Source of the DNA: Candidatus Gottesmanbacteria bacterium
Lineage (GTDB): Bacteria > Patescibacteriota > Microgenomatia > UBA10105 > UBA927
NCBI GenBank assembly: GCA_023245335.1
Contig: JAHFKK010000001.1
Location: 1,000,019-1,064,018, forward strand
Length of the DNA: 64,000 bases
Direction of reading: 5' to 3'
This document shows, piece after piece, positions 17,828 to 27,237 of the stretch (position 1 is the stretch's first letter; every line of letters begins with the position of its first letter). The position numbers and the translations under genes were made by a program. The notes below the pieces were generated by a model, which was not told the origin of the DNA, ran no database searches, and worked only from the letters and a program-made list of their open reading frames with translations.

Positions 17828-19043
17828 GGATCGTGCTAACGACCTTCGCCTTGGAAGAATTTATATGACTCATGTGCAGTAACACGCCTATGGTAAACGG
17901 TAGAACCGGCGCTATATACAGCCACTCTCTCGCAAGCGTCACCTGATCCCCATGCGCAAGGAGCATATACAGCACAATGTAGCTTATGACCCGGGGGACG
18001 CCGAGGACGATATCGCGTTCGACGAGGAAATGATATTTGTCCCGCCAGTGATCCTTCACCGCATCGATCGCCTGGAAGGAAACCGTCGACAACCACGTAT
18101 TGATAAACGGCCCGGTAATCCCGGTGACGATCACAAATATCCAGAGCCCGGTCGTATTTTGCATGACAGCAAAAACAAGATTACCTGCGGCTAGCCCTAA
18201 GGATCCCAGCCAAAACCATCGGGGATCTTTCCTCAAAAATTTAGCGCTCACCACTCCGGTGACGGTACCCAAAAGATATGATATCGCCTGCGCAGCGCCT
18301 ACCCAGAATTCCTGCCGGAGGATAAGGTAAAAAAGCACCCCGGATATCGTACCGAATGCAACATCGTAGAGGCCAAGAAGCATCTGCTGGCCTAACACCA
18401 AGTTCCAAGTCCGGGTACGACTCTTCCGAAAAAGGTCACGATACGAAAACTGCGGGATCTCATGACTCGGCAATTTCCCGATAAAGAGAACCATGCAAAG
18501 GAGGAGAATAAACACAATGAAGAAAAGGAGTGCATACCCGGGGCTGACGCCGAAATAGAGTGTGGTCCCGGCAAGTGTAATGATGGATCCTCCGATAAAC
18601 GGCGCTATGGCACTAAGAAAGTTAATGACCGACATGGCCCAACCGAAATATTGTTCACGCCCCACCTCGTTGGTCAGGATATATTGGTTCAGGTTAAACG
18701 ATGCCCAAAACATTCCCCCGCCGAAGCCGCTGAATATCGCCAAAGGAAATAGGTAGTGTATGGCATTTCCCTGCAAGTAAAATAACAGAAGATAAAATAC
18801 CGCGCCGCATACGATGGAAATTTTCATCAAAAGACCGGAAGACACTCTGCGTAGTACCCAAGCCGCCGCAACGATAAAGACGAGAAGTGATACAAACGAC
18901 CATAACGAAAATAGCACTGTGGTCCTCAGGTCGCTATGCGCGAAAATGAATATCGTGACAAAGACCGATGCAAGTCCGTTGACGAAATAATCCAGTCCTT
19001 CGATAGTGATGAGATGCCGCTCATCGCGGGAAAGTGAGGCCAT
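17820..19043 (-). CDS. MFS transporter
   Basis: About 12 transmembrane segments, G.GGGMFW...RE.YFG; ATG 6 nt after TATAAT. Confidence 0.85.
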   Translation of the reverse strand: MASLSRDERHLITIEGLDYFVNGLASVFVTIFIFAHSDLRTTVLFSLWSFVSLLVFIVAAAWVLRRVSSGLLMKISIVCGAVFYLLLFYLQGNAIHYLFPLAIFSGFGGGMFWASFNLNQYILTNEVGREQYFGWAMSVINFLSAIAPFIGGSIITLAGTTLYFGVSPGYALLFFIVFILLLCMVLFIGKLPSHEIPQFSYRDLFRKSRTRTWNLVLGQQMLLGLYDVAFGTISGVLFYLILRQEFWVGAAQAISYLLGTVTGVVSAKFLRKDPRWFWLGSLGLAAGNLVFAVMQNTTGLWIFVIVTGITGPFINTWLSTVSFQAIDAVKDHWRDKYHFLVERDIVLGVPRVISYIVLYMLLAHGDQVTLAREWLYIAPVLPFTIGVLLHMSHINSSKAKVVSTIHE

Positions 19044-19170
19044 ATATACATTATATATCAGCACCCGCTTCCGAAGGACAGTATAATAAAGCTGTCTATA
19101 ATATCTGAAACTCTGGTCTCCCCATTTGCGTGCGCCTATAAAACATAAACGAAAGATAGGCTATAATTAA

Positions 19171-20160
19171 TCAATCCTTACGACTCAAACGCTCGTTTAT
19201 CTCCGTAACAACATTATCCGCGTTTCCCGATAAAATATGTATTTTTCTCGGTATTGTTGCGCTTATTAACTCACTAGACTCTTTGATTATTTTTTCAAAT
19301 TCCTCTTGCTTGGCGCTGAGCTGATCAAAAACAAAAAATGACTGATCGAATGTACCGTTATGCAATTCACGGGCTATATCAAATATATAGGCATTAAAAT
19401 TATATGTGTCACTTCCAAAAAACGTGCTTACCGAAAACTTAATTTCTTCCAGTTTAAAAACTCCATCAACTAAGTCTTCCCCTTTCGTTCCCAGATAACC
19501 ATTTCCCTTCTTTATGACCTCCATACCTTTTGTGTGCGCTATTCCTTCCAAGACGCTATCTTGATAAGCTTCATATTTTAACCTTTTTGTAGATTTTACC
19601 TCTGGAAACTCTTCCTCTAAGGATATAGTCGACGAATCTTTAGAGATATTTCTTTCAAGTTCTTTTATCATTTGTTCTCTATTTAATCCTGACAAACTTT
19701 TCTCATCAGGAAAGACGTTACGCACTATGTTTGTGGCCTGTTTATTCATTAAATCTTCAATTCTCTTTTCTGTAACCCCTGTCGATGATTCTATTCGTTT
19801 AAGTGCTTGAATTGTCTGAGTATATATTTCGTGTTGCATTTTTATCGAGGCATCACTTCTGTCTGTGATTACCCTTTCGGAATTTTTGCTCAACACAATT
19901 GCCGTTATGGCAAGTACAATCGACCCACCCGATAAAATAAATGAAAGGAACATATTAATTATATCGAGGGTAGAAAATATAATGTGTTCTTTTGCTATAA
20001 TATTTTGGAGTATGAATGCAACCCCTAAACCTAAAACAAATGCGATAACGATATGTATAATGAGCCAAAATAATTTATTCGCATAATTATTTTCGATGGA
20101 GCTAACCTTCTCAGAAGTCGGAGTTAGCTCAATTGGTAAATTTACTTTCCTAGTTGCCAT
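19171..20160 (-). CDS. AT-rich hypothetical membrane protein
   Basis: Two N-terminal transmembrane helices then a soluble domain; visibly lower GC than flanks. Confidence 0.8.
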   Translation of the reverse strand: MATRKVNLPIELTPTSEKVSSIENNYANKLFWLIIHIVIAFVLGLGVAFILQNIIAKEHIIFSTLDIINMFLSFILSGGSIVLAITAIVLSKNSERVITDRSDASIKMQHEIYTQTIQALKRIESSTGVTEKRIEDLMNKQATNIVRNVFPDEKSLSGLNREQMIKELERNISKDSSTISLEEEFPEVKSTKRLKYEAYQDSVLEGIAHTKGMEVIKKGNGYLGTKGEDLVDGVFKLEEIKFSVSTFFGSDTYNFNAYIFDIARELHNGTFDQSFFVFDQLSAKQEEFEKIIKESSELISATIPRKIHILSGNADNVVTEINERLSRKD

Positions 20161-20230
20161 AAAAAATCTGCCATTCAGCAGCGAAGCCAATATATTCCTA
20201 ATTTATTCTTTAGTCAAGTCAATTTTGATC

Positions 20231-20773
20231 TTATTTCCATCCAAATATCGCCCCGAAGAAGCCGGCAAGAGGTGAGACGTCCCACCAATGAAAAGTCCAG
20301 GTTGGGATCTCGGCCGGAGTGGCTGTCTTTGGTTTCGATCCAGTTGTCGGTGAGGCCGTGGTCGTCGGGGACGGGTTTGCGGTGGGTGTTGCTTCCAAAG
20401 TCGGACTCGGCAACGGCGTAACAGTAGGCTTGGGAGTCACCGTCGGCCGAGGCGTCGATGTCGGCCTTGGAGTAGATGTGATAACCGGTACGTAAACTGT
20501 CGGTGCGACATAAATGGGAGCCTGTTGCACAGGAGCAGATGTCGGTTGAGTGACCGCTCCCCCGCTACTACCGCCGCACATGACCATAGAGGCATACGAA
20601 CAGGATGAGCCCGTCCACCCGTCACTGCAGATCACATGACCATTACCCTGTGGGCCAGCACTACAACTGACCCCGTTGTGTCCGGAACAACAGCCGCTGG
20701 TCCCCAGAACTTTCGCGGGGGAAAAGAAAAACGTGGCAGCGATTATGAGGGGCAGGAGGACTAAGCGCTTAAT
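20231..20773 (-). CDS. Secreted Cys-motif, Pro/Thr-rich protein; probable ATT start
   Basis: Frame extends upstream of the tracked GTG through a signal peptide and GCCSGHNGV...VICSDG; GGAGG lies 4 nt before ATT. Confidence 0.7.
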   Translation of the reverse strand: MKRLVLLPLIIAATFFFSPAKVLGTSGCCSGHNGVSCSAGPQGNGHVICSDGWTGSSCSYASMVMCGGSSGGAVTQPTSAPVQQAPIYVAPTVYVPVITSTPRPTSTPRPTVTPKPTVTPLPSPTLEATPTANPSPTTTASPTTGSKPKTATPAEIPTWTFHWWDVSPLAGFFGAIFGWK

Positions 20774-20834
20774 GTATCCTCCAAACTGAGCAGTCTACCG
20801 GATTATAGCACGACCTGCTATCATTGCTACCCGT

Positions 20835-21182
20835 ATGCAAACAAGAGAAGCAAAACTCCTTAGTCTGATGATGCAGGACGATGTCGAGATCGAGGAACGG
20901 CTTATCGGCTCAACTATACCGGGCAAACGGATACGCGGCTATGTCAGCAGCTTTTCATTCAACACGAAGGACGGTGGGGGCTCCGGAACAAAATTTTTTG
21001 TCCGGGTGACGTCGACGGATTCGTATCTGTTTGAAACGGATTATAAATTGTCCAAATTTCCGGTTCGGATAAATGACTACGGCCAGATCATAGCTATCGT
21101 CCCCAAAGTGGCCATGCTCGATCAGGGATTAACGGAAATTCATATAACACGGTTTTCCCGCCCAATGCGTCAACGACCCTAA
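20835..21182 (+). CDS. Hypothetical protein
   Basis: Gap-filling ORF with a TATCAT box upstream. Confidence 0.65.
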   Translation: MQTREAKLLSLMMQDDVEIEERLIGSTIPGKRIRGYVSSFSFNTKDGGGSGTKFFVRVTSTDSYLFETDYKLSKFPVRINDYGQIIAIVPKVAMLDQGLTEIHITRFSRPMRQRP

Positions 21183-21191
21183 TGGTTGGGG

Positions 21192-21971
21192 CTAGCGTTG
21201 TTCGTTTAAGGTCTCCGGAAGAGAATTGCTCAACTGCATGGCAATATGGTCAGCCAATTCATCCATGCCGCCTCGTCTTAGTATATACGGCGATGTGTTG
21301 ATGAGTGTGGCTCCTGCGGGCGAATTATGTAAAGAGTAATACCGATCCAGCAATGCCAAAAAATCCATTTCCTTGCCGCGTTTCTTCATGACCGCCCTCC
21401 TCGTGTGCAGTCGGTGTTGCGCTGCATCTCCGTATTGCGCAACCACGGCGTACTTTATCCTGGCTTCCGGGACTATTTCGTCAGACGGCAAATCCGTGAC
21501 AAGCACTCCTCCGCCGGTACGTATAATCCCTTCCCGCACAATCGGCCGCATCAATTGACGTACGACGGTCGATTGCTCTACGGCCCCAGCCGCAATTTCC
21601 AATTTTCCGCGGCTCACCGGCCACGTCTCCGATAATGGATGGACAGTCAGATCACGACGTCCGCTGACAAGATGCATTCTGCCCTGGTCACTTCGTACGA
21701 TTTCAAAATGAGGTTTTCCCTTATCCTCCAGCCAAGTACGTATCAAATCCAGGCCTGCTTGGCGCATCTGCATTGGGCCTTCTTCCGGTTCATCGAAGAT
21801 ATGTTCCCGTAGGCCCTCATGGGCCACACGAAAAACAAGATCATCGGTGTCAAGGACTCGCATTCCCAACCGGCCCGCCAGAGGTAATGCTAACTCCATG
21901 CCTCCCGAACTGCGAGAACCCTGTATAGGAATAGTGGACTGCAGGGAAATTTGTTCCGACCGGACTGCCAT
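21192..21971 (-). CDS. Degenerate cytidylate kinase-like protein
   Basis: IPIQGSRSSGG..LA..LA.RLG..VLDT pattern, IVPEARIK, INTS; no P-loop GKT/S. Confidence 0.5.
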   Translation of the reverse strand: MAVRSEQISLQSTIPIQGSRSSGGMELALPLAGRLGMRVLDTDDLVFRVAHEGLREHIFDEPEEGPMQMRQAGLDLIRTWLEDKGKPHFEIVRSDQGRMHLVSGRRDLTVHPLSETWPVSRGKLEIAAGAVEQSTVVRQLMRPIVREGIIRTGGGVLVTDLPSDEIVPEARIKYAVVAQYGDAAQHRLHTRRAVMKKRGKEMDFLALLDRYYSLHNSPAGATLINTSPYILRRGGMDELADHIAMQLSNSLPETLNEQR

Positions 21972-21987
21972 GATGGGAATTATACCA

Positions 21988-24519
21988 TTACGACGCCACT
22001 TCTTTTTTATAAAACCATAATTTCAGAAGTTCGACGAGCGTGATATAGAAAAATACTATTCCCATAAGCAGCACATAATACGTCATGGGCGGACGGACCA
22101 TCTGGAAAAATTTCCCGACCGGTGTAAACGGGAGAACGAGAGAAATCGCGACGATGACGACAAGCCCGCTTGCGAAAACCAGATTGATCTTGCTGCGGAC
22201 AAACGGAACGAGGTGGGTCCGGATACTCATGACGATGAGTGTTTGGGTGACGATGCTTTCGATAAACCACCCGGTCTGAAAAAGCGGCGCATTCGCTTTG
22301 AAGTACCAGAGAAGTAATCCGAATGTGATGAAATCAAATAGAGATGATACCGGTCCGAACACCAGCATAAATCGTTTGATACTCCCGATGCTCCATTTCC
22401 TCGGACGTGCGAGATACCCGGCATCTACCTGATCGTTGGCAAGAAGGAGCTGCGACGTGTCGTAAAAAAGATCGTTGAGAAGTACCTGGATAGGCAGTAA
22501 AGGCAGAAACGGCAGAAACACCGACGAAACCGCGATCGAAAGCATATTGCCGAAATTACTGCTCATACCCATATTGAGGTACTTCATGACATTGCCAAAC
22601 GTTCTCCGCCCTTCTATGACGCCTTCATATAGAACATGCAGTGATTTATGAAGAAGGATGATATCTGCCGATTCCTTCGCGACATCCGCAGCGTTATTTA
22701 CCGAAATGCCGATGTCAGACGCGCGTAGACTCGGCGCGTCGTTTATGCCGTCGCCCAGGTACCCTACCACTTTCCCCATCGCGCGTAGGCTTTTGAGAAC
22801 TTGGGCTTTTTCACTAGGATTCAACCGGGCAAATATGGTCGTTACGAGTGCCCGTTTCCCCAATTCCCCTTCGGTGAGACCGGCAATCTCCTCACCCTTC
22901 ATGACGCCTTTCACGGGAAGCCGGAGGTCTGCGCAAATTTTTTGCGTCACCAACTCGTTATCGCCGGTCAGTATCTTTATCTCTACCCCCGCATCAGCGA
23001 GCAATTTGAGAGATTCGACCGCGCTTGTTTTCGGAGGATCCTCAAACGTGAGAAACCCCATAAATACCAGATCTTTTTCATCATGAAACGTGAGCTTACC
23101 GGTGGCGGTCATCTCCCGGTAGCCTACGGCGAGCATCCGCAGTCCCTGCCGGCTGAACGATTCAAACGTCTGCCGCGCCTTTTTCATGAGAGTTGGGGTC
23201 ATAGCGATTACTTTTCCCCCGTCTGCATAGAAATCAGAAAGTTTCAGAAGTTCTTCCGGTGCACCTTTCACCATGAGAAGTTTTTTCTTTTCATGAGCAA
23301 AAAGTACGGATACGCGCTTGCGGAAGAAATCAAACGGAAGTGTCGCGAGGTATTGGTATCCGGCAACATCAATCGTTTTATGAGCGATGAGTGCTTCCTC
23401 CATCGGCCCTTTGTACCCCGTCTGGTGACGACTATTGAGATACCCGTAGAGATGGATACGCTCATCCCGCACACCCTTGAGATTGACGTAATCCATGAGC
23501 CTGATGGCATTCTCCGTGAGTGTCCCCGTTTTGTCCGTCGCGAGTATTTCGATACTGCCGAAATTTTCGATTGCCGGTAAACTTTTGACGATGACTCCTT
23601 TTTTCGACATACGTATGGCGCCTTTACTCAAGTTGATGGTCAGGATGACGGGCAGGAGTTCCGGCGCGAATCCTATGGCAAGCGCCAAAACAAAAAGGAG
23701 GGATGAAAGTATGTCGTGGCCGAGTACGATGTGGGAAAGAAGTACTATTCCGGAAACGATAAGTGCGGTTTTGGCGAGTAGCATGCCGAAATTATTGATC
23801 CCTTTCTCAAATTCCGTCTGTGGCCTGGGGGTAACTAACGATTTCGCGACCCCACCCAATTCAGTCGAGTTTCCTGTGATGACCACGACTGCGACGGCAA
23901 CGCCGCTTATGACATGCGTCCCCATGAATACGCAGTTAGTTCTTCCCGATACCGGGGCATCTGCTTTCGGTACTATGGTCAGATCCTTTTCCTGCGGATA
24001 TGATTCGCCCGTCAGGGTCGACTGATCTACCAACAAATCCGTCGCGGTCAGTAATCGGCAATCCGCGGGTACGATATCCCCGACCGACAAGCGTATGATG
24101 TCGCCCGGCACGAGACGCGATATCGGGATTTCCCTCTGTACGCCATCGCGAAGTACCGCTGCAGTCAGGGAGACGCGGGCACGGAGCTTTTCCGACGCAT
24201 CCGCCGCTTGGTGTTCCTGATACACGTCGAGCGTAATACTGATAAGAAGGATGACTAATATAATAATGAAGTCAGTAAGCTGTCCGAGAACCGCAGAGAT
24301 AAGAGCCGCGGCCAGAAGCAAAAGGATAAGAGGGTTGACGAGCTTCGAGATAAACCGGGTGAGAAGCGTATCTTTTTTCCGCTCCACGAAGACATTACGA
24401 CCGTACTCCCTCATTCTTCGCTCCGCAGCCTCCTCCGTGAGTCCCTCGGTAGACGTATGCAATGACGAAAGAATATCCTTCTCCCTCGTTACCCACCACC
24501 CCTTCAACAAATCCGCCAT
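21988..24519 (-). CDS. mgtA: Mg2+-translocating P-type ATPase
   Basis: TGES, PELLP, DKTGTLT, PFDF.RKR, KGAPEE, TGDN, GDGINDAP, SSNFGN. Confidence 0.92.
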   Translation of the reverse strand: MADLLKGWWVTREKDILSSLHTSTEGLTEEAAERRMREYGRNVFVERKKDTLLTRFISKLVNPLILLLLAAALISAVLGQLTDFIIILVILLISITLDVYQEHQAADASEKLRARVSLTAAVLRDGVQREIPISRLVPGDIIRLSVGDIVPADCRLLTATDLLVDQSTLTGESYPQEKDLTIVPKADAPVSGRTNCVFMGTHVISGVAVAVVVITGNSTELGGVAKSLVTPRPQTEFEKGINNFGMLLAKTALIVSGIVLLSHIVLGHDILSSLLFVLALAIGFAPELLPVILTINLSKGAIRMSKKGVIVKSLPAIENFGSIEILATDKTGTLTENAIRLMDYVNLKGVRDERIHLYGYLNSRHQTGYKGPMEEALIAHKTIDVAGYQYLATLPFDFFRKRVSVLFAHEKKKLLMVKGAPEELLKLSDFYADGGKVIAMTPTLMKKARQTFESFSRQGLRMLAVGYREMTATGKLTFHDEKDLVFMGFLTFEDPPKTSAVESLKLLADAGVEIKILTGDNELVTQKICADLRLPVKGVMKGEEIAGLTEGELGKRALVTTIFARLNPSEKAQVLKSLRAMGKVVGYLGDGINDAPSLRASDIGISVNNAADVAKESADIILLHKSLHVLYEGVIEGRRTFGNVMKYLNMGMSSNFGNMLSIAVSSVFLPFLPLLPIQVLLNDLFYDTSQLLLANDQVDAGYLARPRKWSIGSIKRFMLVFGPVSSLFDFITFGLLLWYFKANAPLFQTGWFIESIVTQTLIVMSIRTHLVPFVRSKINLVFASGLVVIVAISLVLPFTPVGKFFQMVRPPMTYYVLLMGIVFFYITLVELLKLWFYKKEVAS

Positions 24520-24596
24520 GAAATCAGTATACCACCGGCCTTTGTAAGCGAGTTCACTTCGCAATAACGGTAAAACGCGCTATAATGCGTTCCTCT

Positions 24597-25133
24597 ATGC
24601 CAAACCGGGAATATCAACCCAAAGAAGCAGCACCCTGGAAGGAACACACGACCGCATCAGCATCTGCGTCCGTATTTTTGTCTGATGATCAGGGTAGGCT
24701 CCTCATGGTCCAGGATATAGACGCCTACGGCGGAAAATGGTCGCCTATCGCGGGCTTTGTCGACGTCGCAAACAACGAGGAACCGGAAGTGGCGGCCCTT
24801 CGCGAAGCCAAAGAAGAATTGGGGCTCGATATCCGGCTCGATGAACTCTTAGGCGTATGGCACTATTATGCGGAAGACGGTCCCAAAAAATCCGATGAAA
24901 AAACTCATATGCACGTGGGCTACTCCTACACCGGCACCATCTTAGGCGGTACGTATACGATGCAAAAGGAAGAAATCCAAAATTACGGCTTCTTCACTCC
25001 CACTCAAATTGAAGACATGCACCGAAACGGGATACTCAAAACACCGCAGTACAACTATGTGGGATACAAACTCTGGCAAGCCGGCACCCGGCATCCTCTC
25101 AACGTCATCCAAACGAACGGGACGACACACTAA
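24597..25133 (+). CDS. NUDIX hydrolase
   Basis: AGFVD...EEPEVAALREAKEELG. Confidence 0.9.
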   Translation: MPNREYQPKEAAPWKEHTTASASASVFLSDDQGRLLMVQDIDAYGGKWSPIAGFVDVANNEEPEVAALREAKEELGLDIRLDELLGVWHYYAEDGPKKSDEKTHMHVGYSYTGTILGGTYTMQKEEIQNYGFFTPTQIEDMHRNGILKTPQYNYVGYKLWQAGTRHPLNVIQTNGTTH

Positions 25134-25134
25134 T

Positions 25135-25929
25135 TCACCGGATCGTATATCGGCTGTCTACATAGGAAGCAATACGGCCTTCCAGATCCGACAATCCGGC
25201 TAGATCTTTGATGTAATGACTCGTATCCAAAACGAGCGCCCCGGACGGGCGGTCCAGAAGTCCGTTCTCTTTGTCCATGCCGTCCCGCTCACGGATATAC
25301 CGCTGTTCACTGATGACGTCCTTGTGTGCCGTCGGGTCGTGTGCCACGCGGTACGTCGCCGATGCGTCTGGGCTCGCGAATAAATACAGTTTCACCTTCG
25401 CATCAGGGAAAAGATCCAGACCCGTTTTCCTGCCGATCACAATCACTCCCCCCAATTGCCCCGCCGAATCCCGCCAAAACTGATAGAGTTTCCATCGCAT
25501 CGCAGGAGATGAGGCGATGACGGCAGACAAATTTTCGATGGCCTTCTGTTTGGGATAGGTGATGAGTTCACCCAGCATATCACGGTCACCGACCATGACA
25601 CGTGCCGTATGCGAACCCTCCTTGGGTTTGTCGATCCGTAGCTTTTCCGGTAACTGATCGTAAAAATCGACGATCCGGTCGGCAAAATCGACAGGGATAG
25701 TTGTGACGTTTGACCCGTCTGTTTTTACCATTTTGCTTTCTATGGCCAATAGCGCCAGCGCTCGGACGGTCGTACCGGTGTTAAATATAGTGAGGTTGTA
25801 GCGGTTCGCGAGCTTCTCGGAAATGACGCGCTTGCCCGCGGTCGTTGACCCGTCCATAGTAATAATCATGGAATGACGATCTATGATTTCTTTGGGTTGG
25901 GCTGGCTGGCGTTCGAGTAGGCTCACCAT
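25135..25929 (-). CDS. cmk: Divergent (d)CMP kinase
   Basis: IITMDGSTTAGK, NTG..VRALA, GR..G..LFPDA.VK.YL.AS, ERD..D, LDTS. Confidence 0.7.
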   Translation of the reverse strand: MVSLLERQPAQPKEIIDRHSMIITMDGSTTAGKRVISEKLANRYNLTIFNTGTTVRALALLAIESKMVKTDGSNVTTIPVDFADRIVDFYDQLPEKLRIDKPKEGSHTARVMVGDRDMLGELITYPKQKAIENLSAVIASSPAMRWKLYQFWRDSAGQLGGVIVIGRKTGLDLFPDAKVKLYLFASPDASATYRVAHDPTAHKDVISEQRYIRERDGMDKENGLLDRPSGALVLDTSHYIKDLAGLSDLEGRIASYVDSRYTIR

Positions 25930-26137
25930 ATAATAAATTGCTCCGGGCTGTCGTTCATCTCCGTGTTTAAAAAAACTTGGAGCATTCCGACAGAGCAAAT
26001 AAAGAATGTTACTGCGTTAGCCCGCAATTATACGCCATTACAGGAAATCACGCTACAAATACAATGGTTCCTGTCCTATAGATGAGAGGCATCCCGTATA
26101 GCCATTTCCGGGGATTTTCGCTAGACTAGGGACTACC

Positions 26138-26752
26138 ATGATTACCGAGGTAATCTTTGACATCGAATCCCAAAAGCTCTTCTCCGAAGTCGAAAACAAC
26201 GATCCGGCAAAATTGGGCGTTTCCATCGTGTCCGCCTATATCCGGGAGGTCAACGAAAATCAGGAAGAAGTGAGCGGTGAAATGAAATCCTTTTGGGAAG
26301 ACGAACTCGACGGACTCTGGCCGATACTCCTCTCTGCCAAACGGGTCATAGGCTTTAACACCCTCAAATTCGACGTACCGGTACTTACCCCGTACGCGCC
26401 TCCCGGAACTCTCGCAAAACTACCGCACCTAGACATCATGCAGCATGTACGAAATGCGCTCGGCCACTCATTGAGCCTCGCAACCCTTGGAGAAAACACG
26501 CTGGGACGGGGCAAAACCGACGTCGGCACCAACGCCGTCATCTACTGGAAATCCCATGATCCGGAAAGCCTCGCCAAGCTCAAATTCTATTGCGAAGCCG
26601 ATGTCGCCCTCACCCGCGACCTCTATGACTACGGAGTAAAAAACAAACTCCTCAAGTACGTGGATACCTGGAACAATCCCCAGACCTTTGCTGTAGACTT
26701 TTCCTACCCCAAAGAAGTGGTTGATGCGTCACGGCAGATTGGACTTTTTTAG
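26138..26752 (+). CDS. RNase H-like/DEDD 3'-5' exonuclease domain protein
   Basis: FDIE, GFN..FD.PVL, YC..DV; ends in QIGLF. Confidence 0.8.
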   Translation: MITEVIFDIESQKLFSEVENNDPAKLGVSIVSAYIREVNENQEEVSGEMKSFWEDELDGLWPILLSAKRVIGFNTLKFDVPVLTPYAPPGTLAKLPHLDIMQHVRNALGHSLSLATLGENTLGRGKTDVGTNAVIYWKSHDPESLAKLKFYCEADVALTRDLYDYGVKNKLLKYVDTWNNPQTFAVDFSYPKEVVDASRQIGLF

Positions 26753-26757
26753 CCAGT

Positions 26758-27120
26758 CTACATCTTCATCTCACTGCCAAACTGGAAGTAGTTTCCATCC
26801 GGGTCCGCGAATGTCGACAGCCACATATCCGGCGATTCTCCGGGATGATACGGAACCGCTATGACTTTGGCTCCAAGCTTCTTGACTCTCGCAAATTCCG
26901 TCTTTACGTTTTTCGTGGAGAAGTTTATGAGAATCCGCTTGGGCTCTTTGGCCTTACCATGGACATCTTTATGCGGACCGACCATGAAATAACTGCCGTT
27001 TACGTCAAATCCGAAATAGTCTCCGCCGGTCCAACCCGGTTTCTTCCCGAAAACCTTTTGATAAAACGCCGCAAGCTTTTTCGGCTTGTCGGAAAATACA
27101 AGAACAGAATCAAGTTTCAT
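26758..27120 (-). CDS. VOC/glyoxalase family protein
   Basis: AFY..VFG, LGAKVI..P, FADPDGN; strong SD AAGGAGG. Confidence 0.9.
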   Translation of the reverse strand: MKLDSVLVFSDKPKKLAAFYQKVFGKKPGWTGGDYFGFDVNGSYFMVGPHKDVHGKAKEPKRILINFSTKNVKTEFARVKKLGAKVIAVPYHPGESPDMWLSTFADPDGNYFQFGSEMKM

Positions 27121-27237
27121 AATTGAAACCTCCTTCGTGACTCACTATACAACCGCTTTTTCCTGTTGTCTATAAGTAAGTGAGATATCGTACAAATGCG
27201 GCCGTACTAAACCGGTGATACAATAGATTTCTCATCC

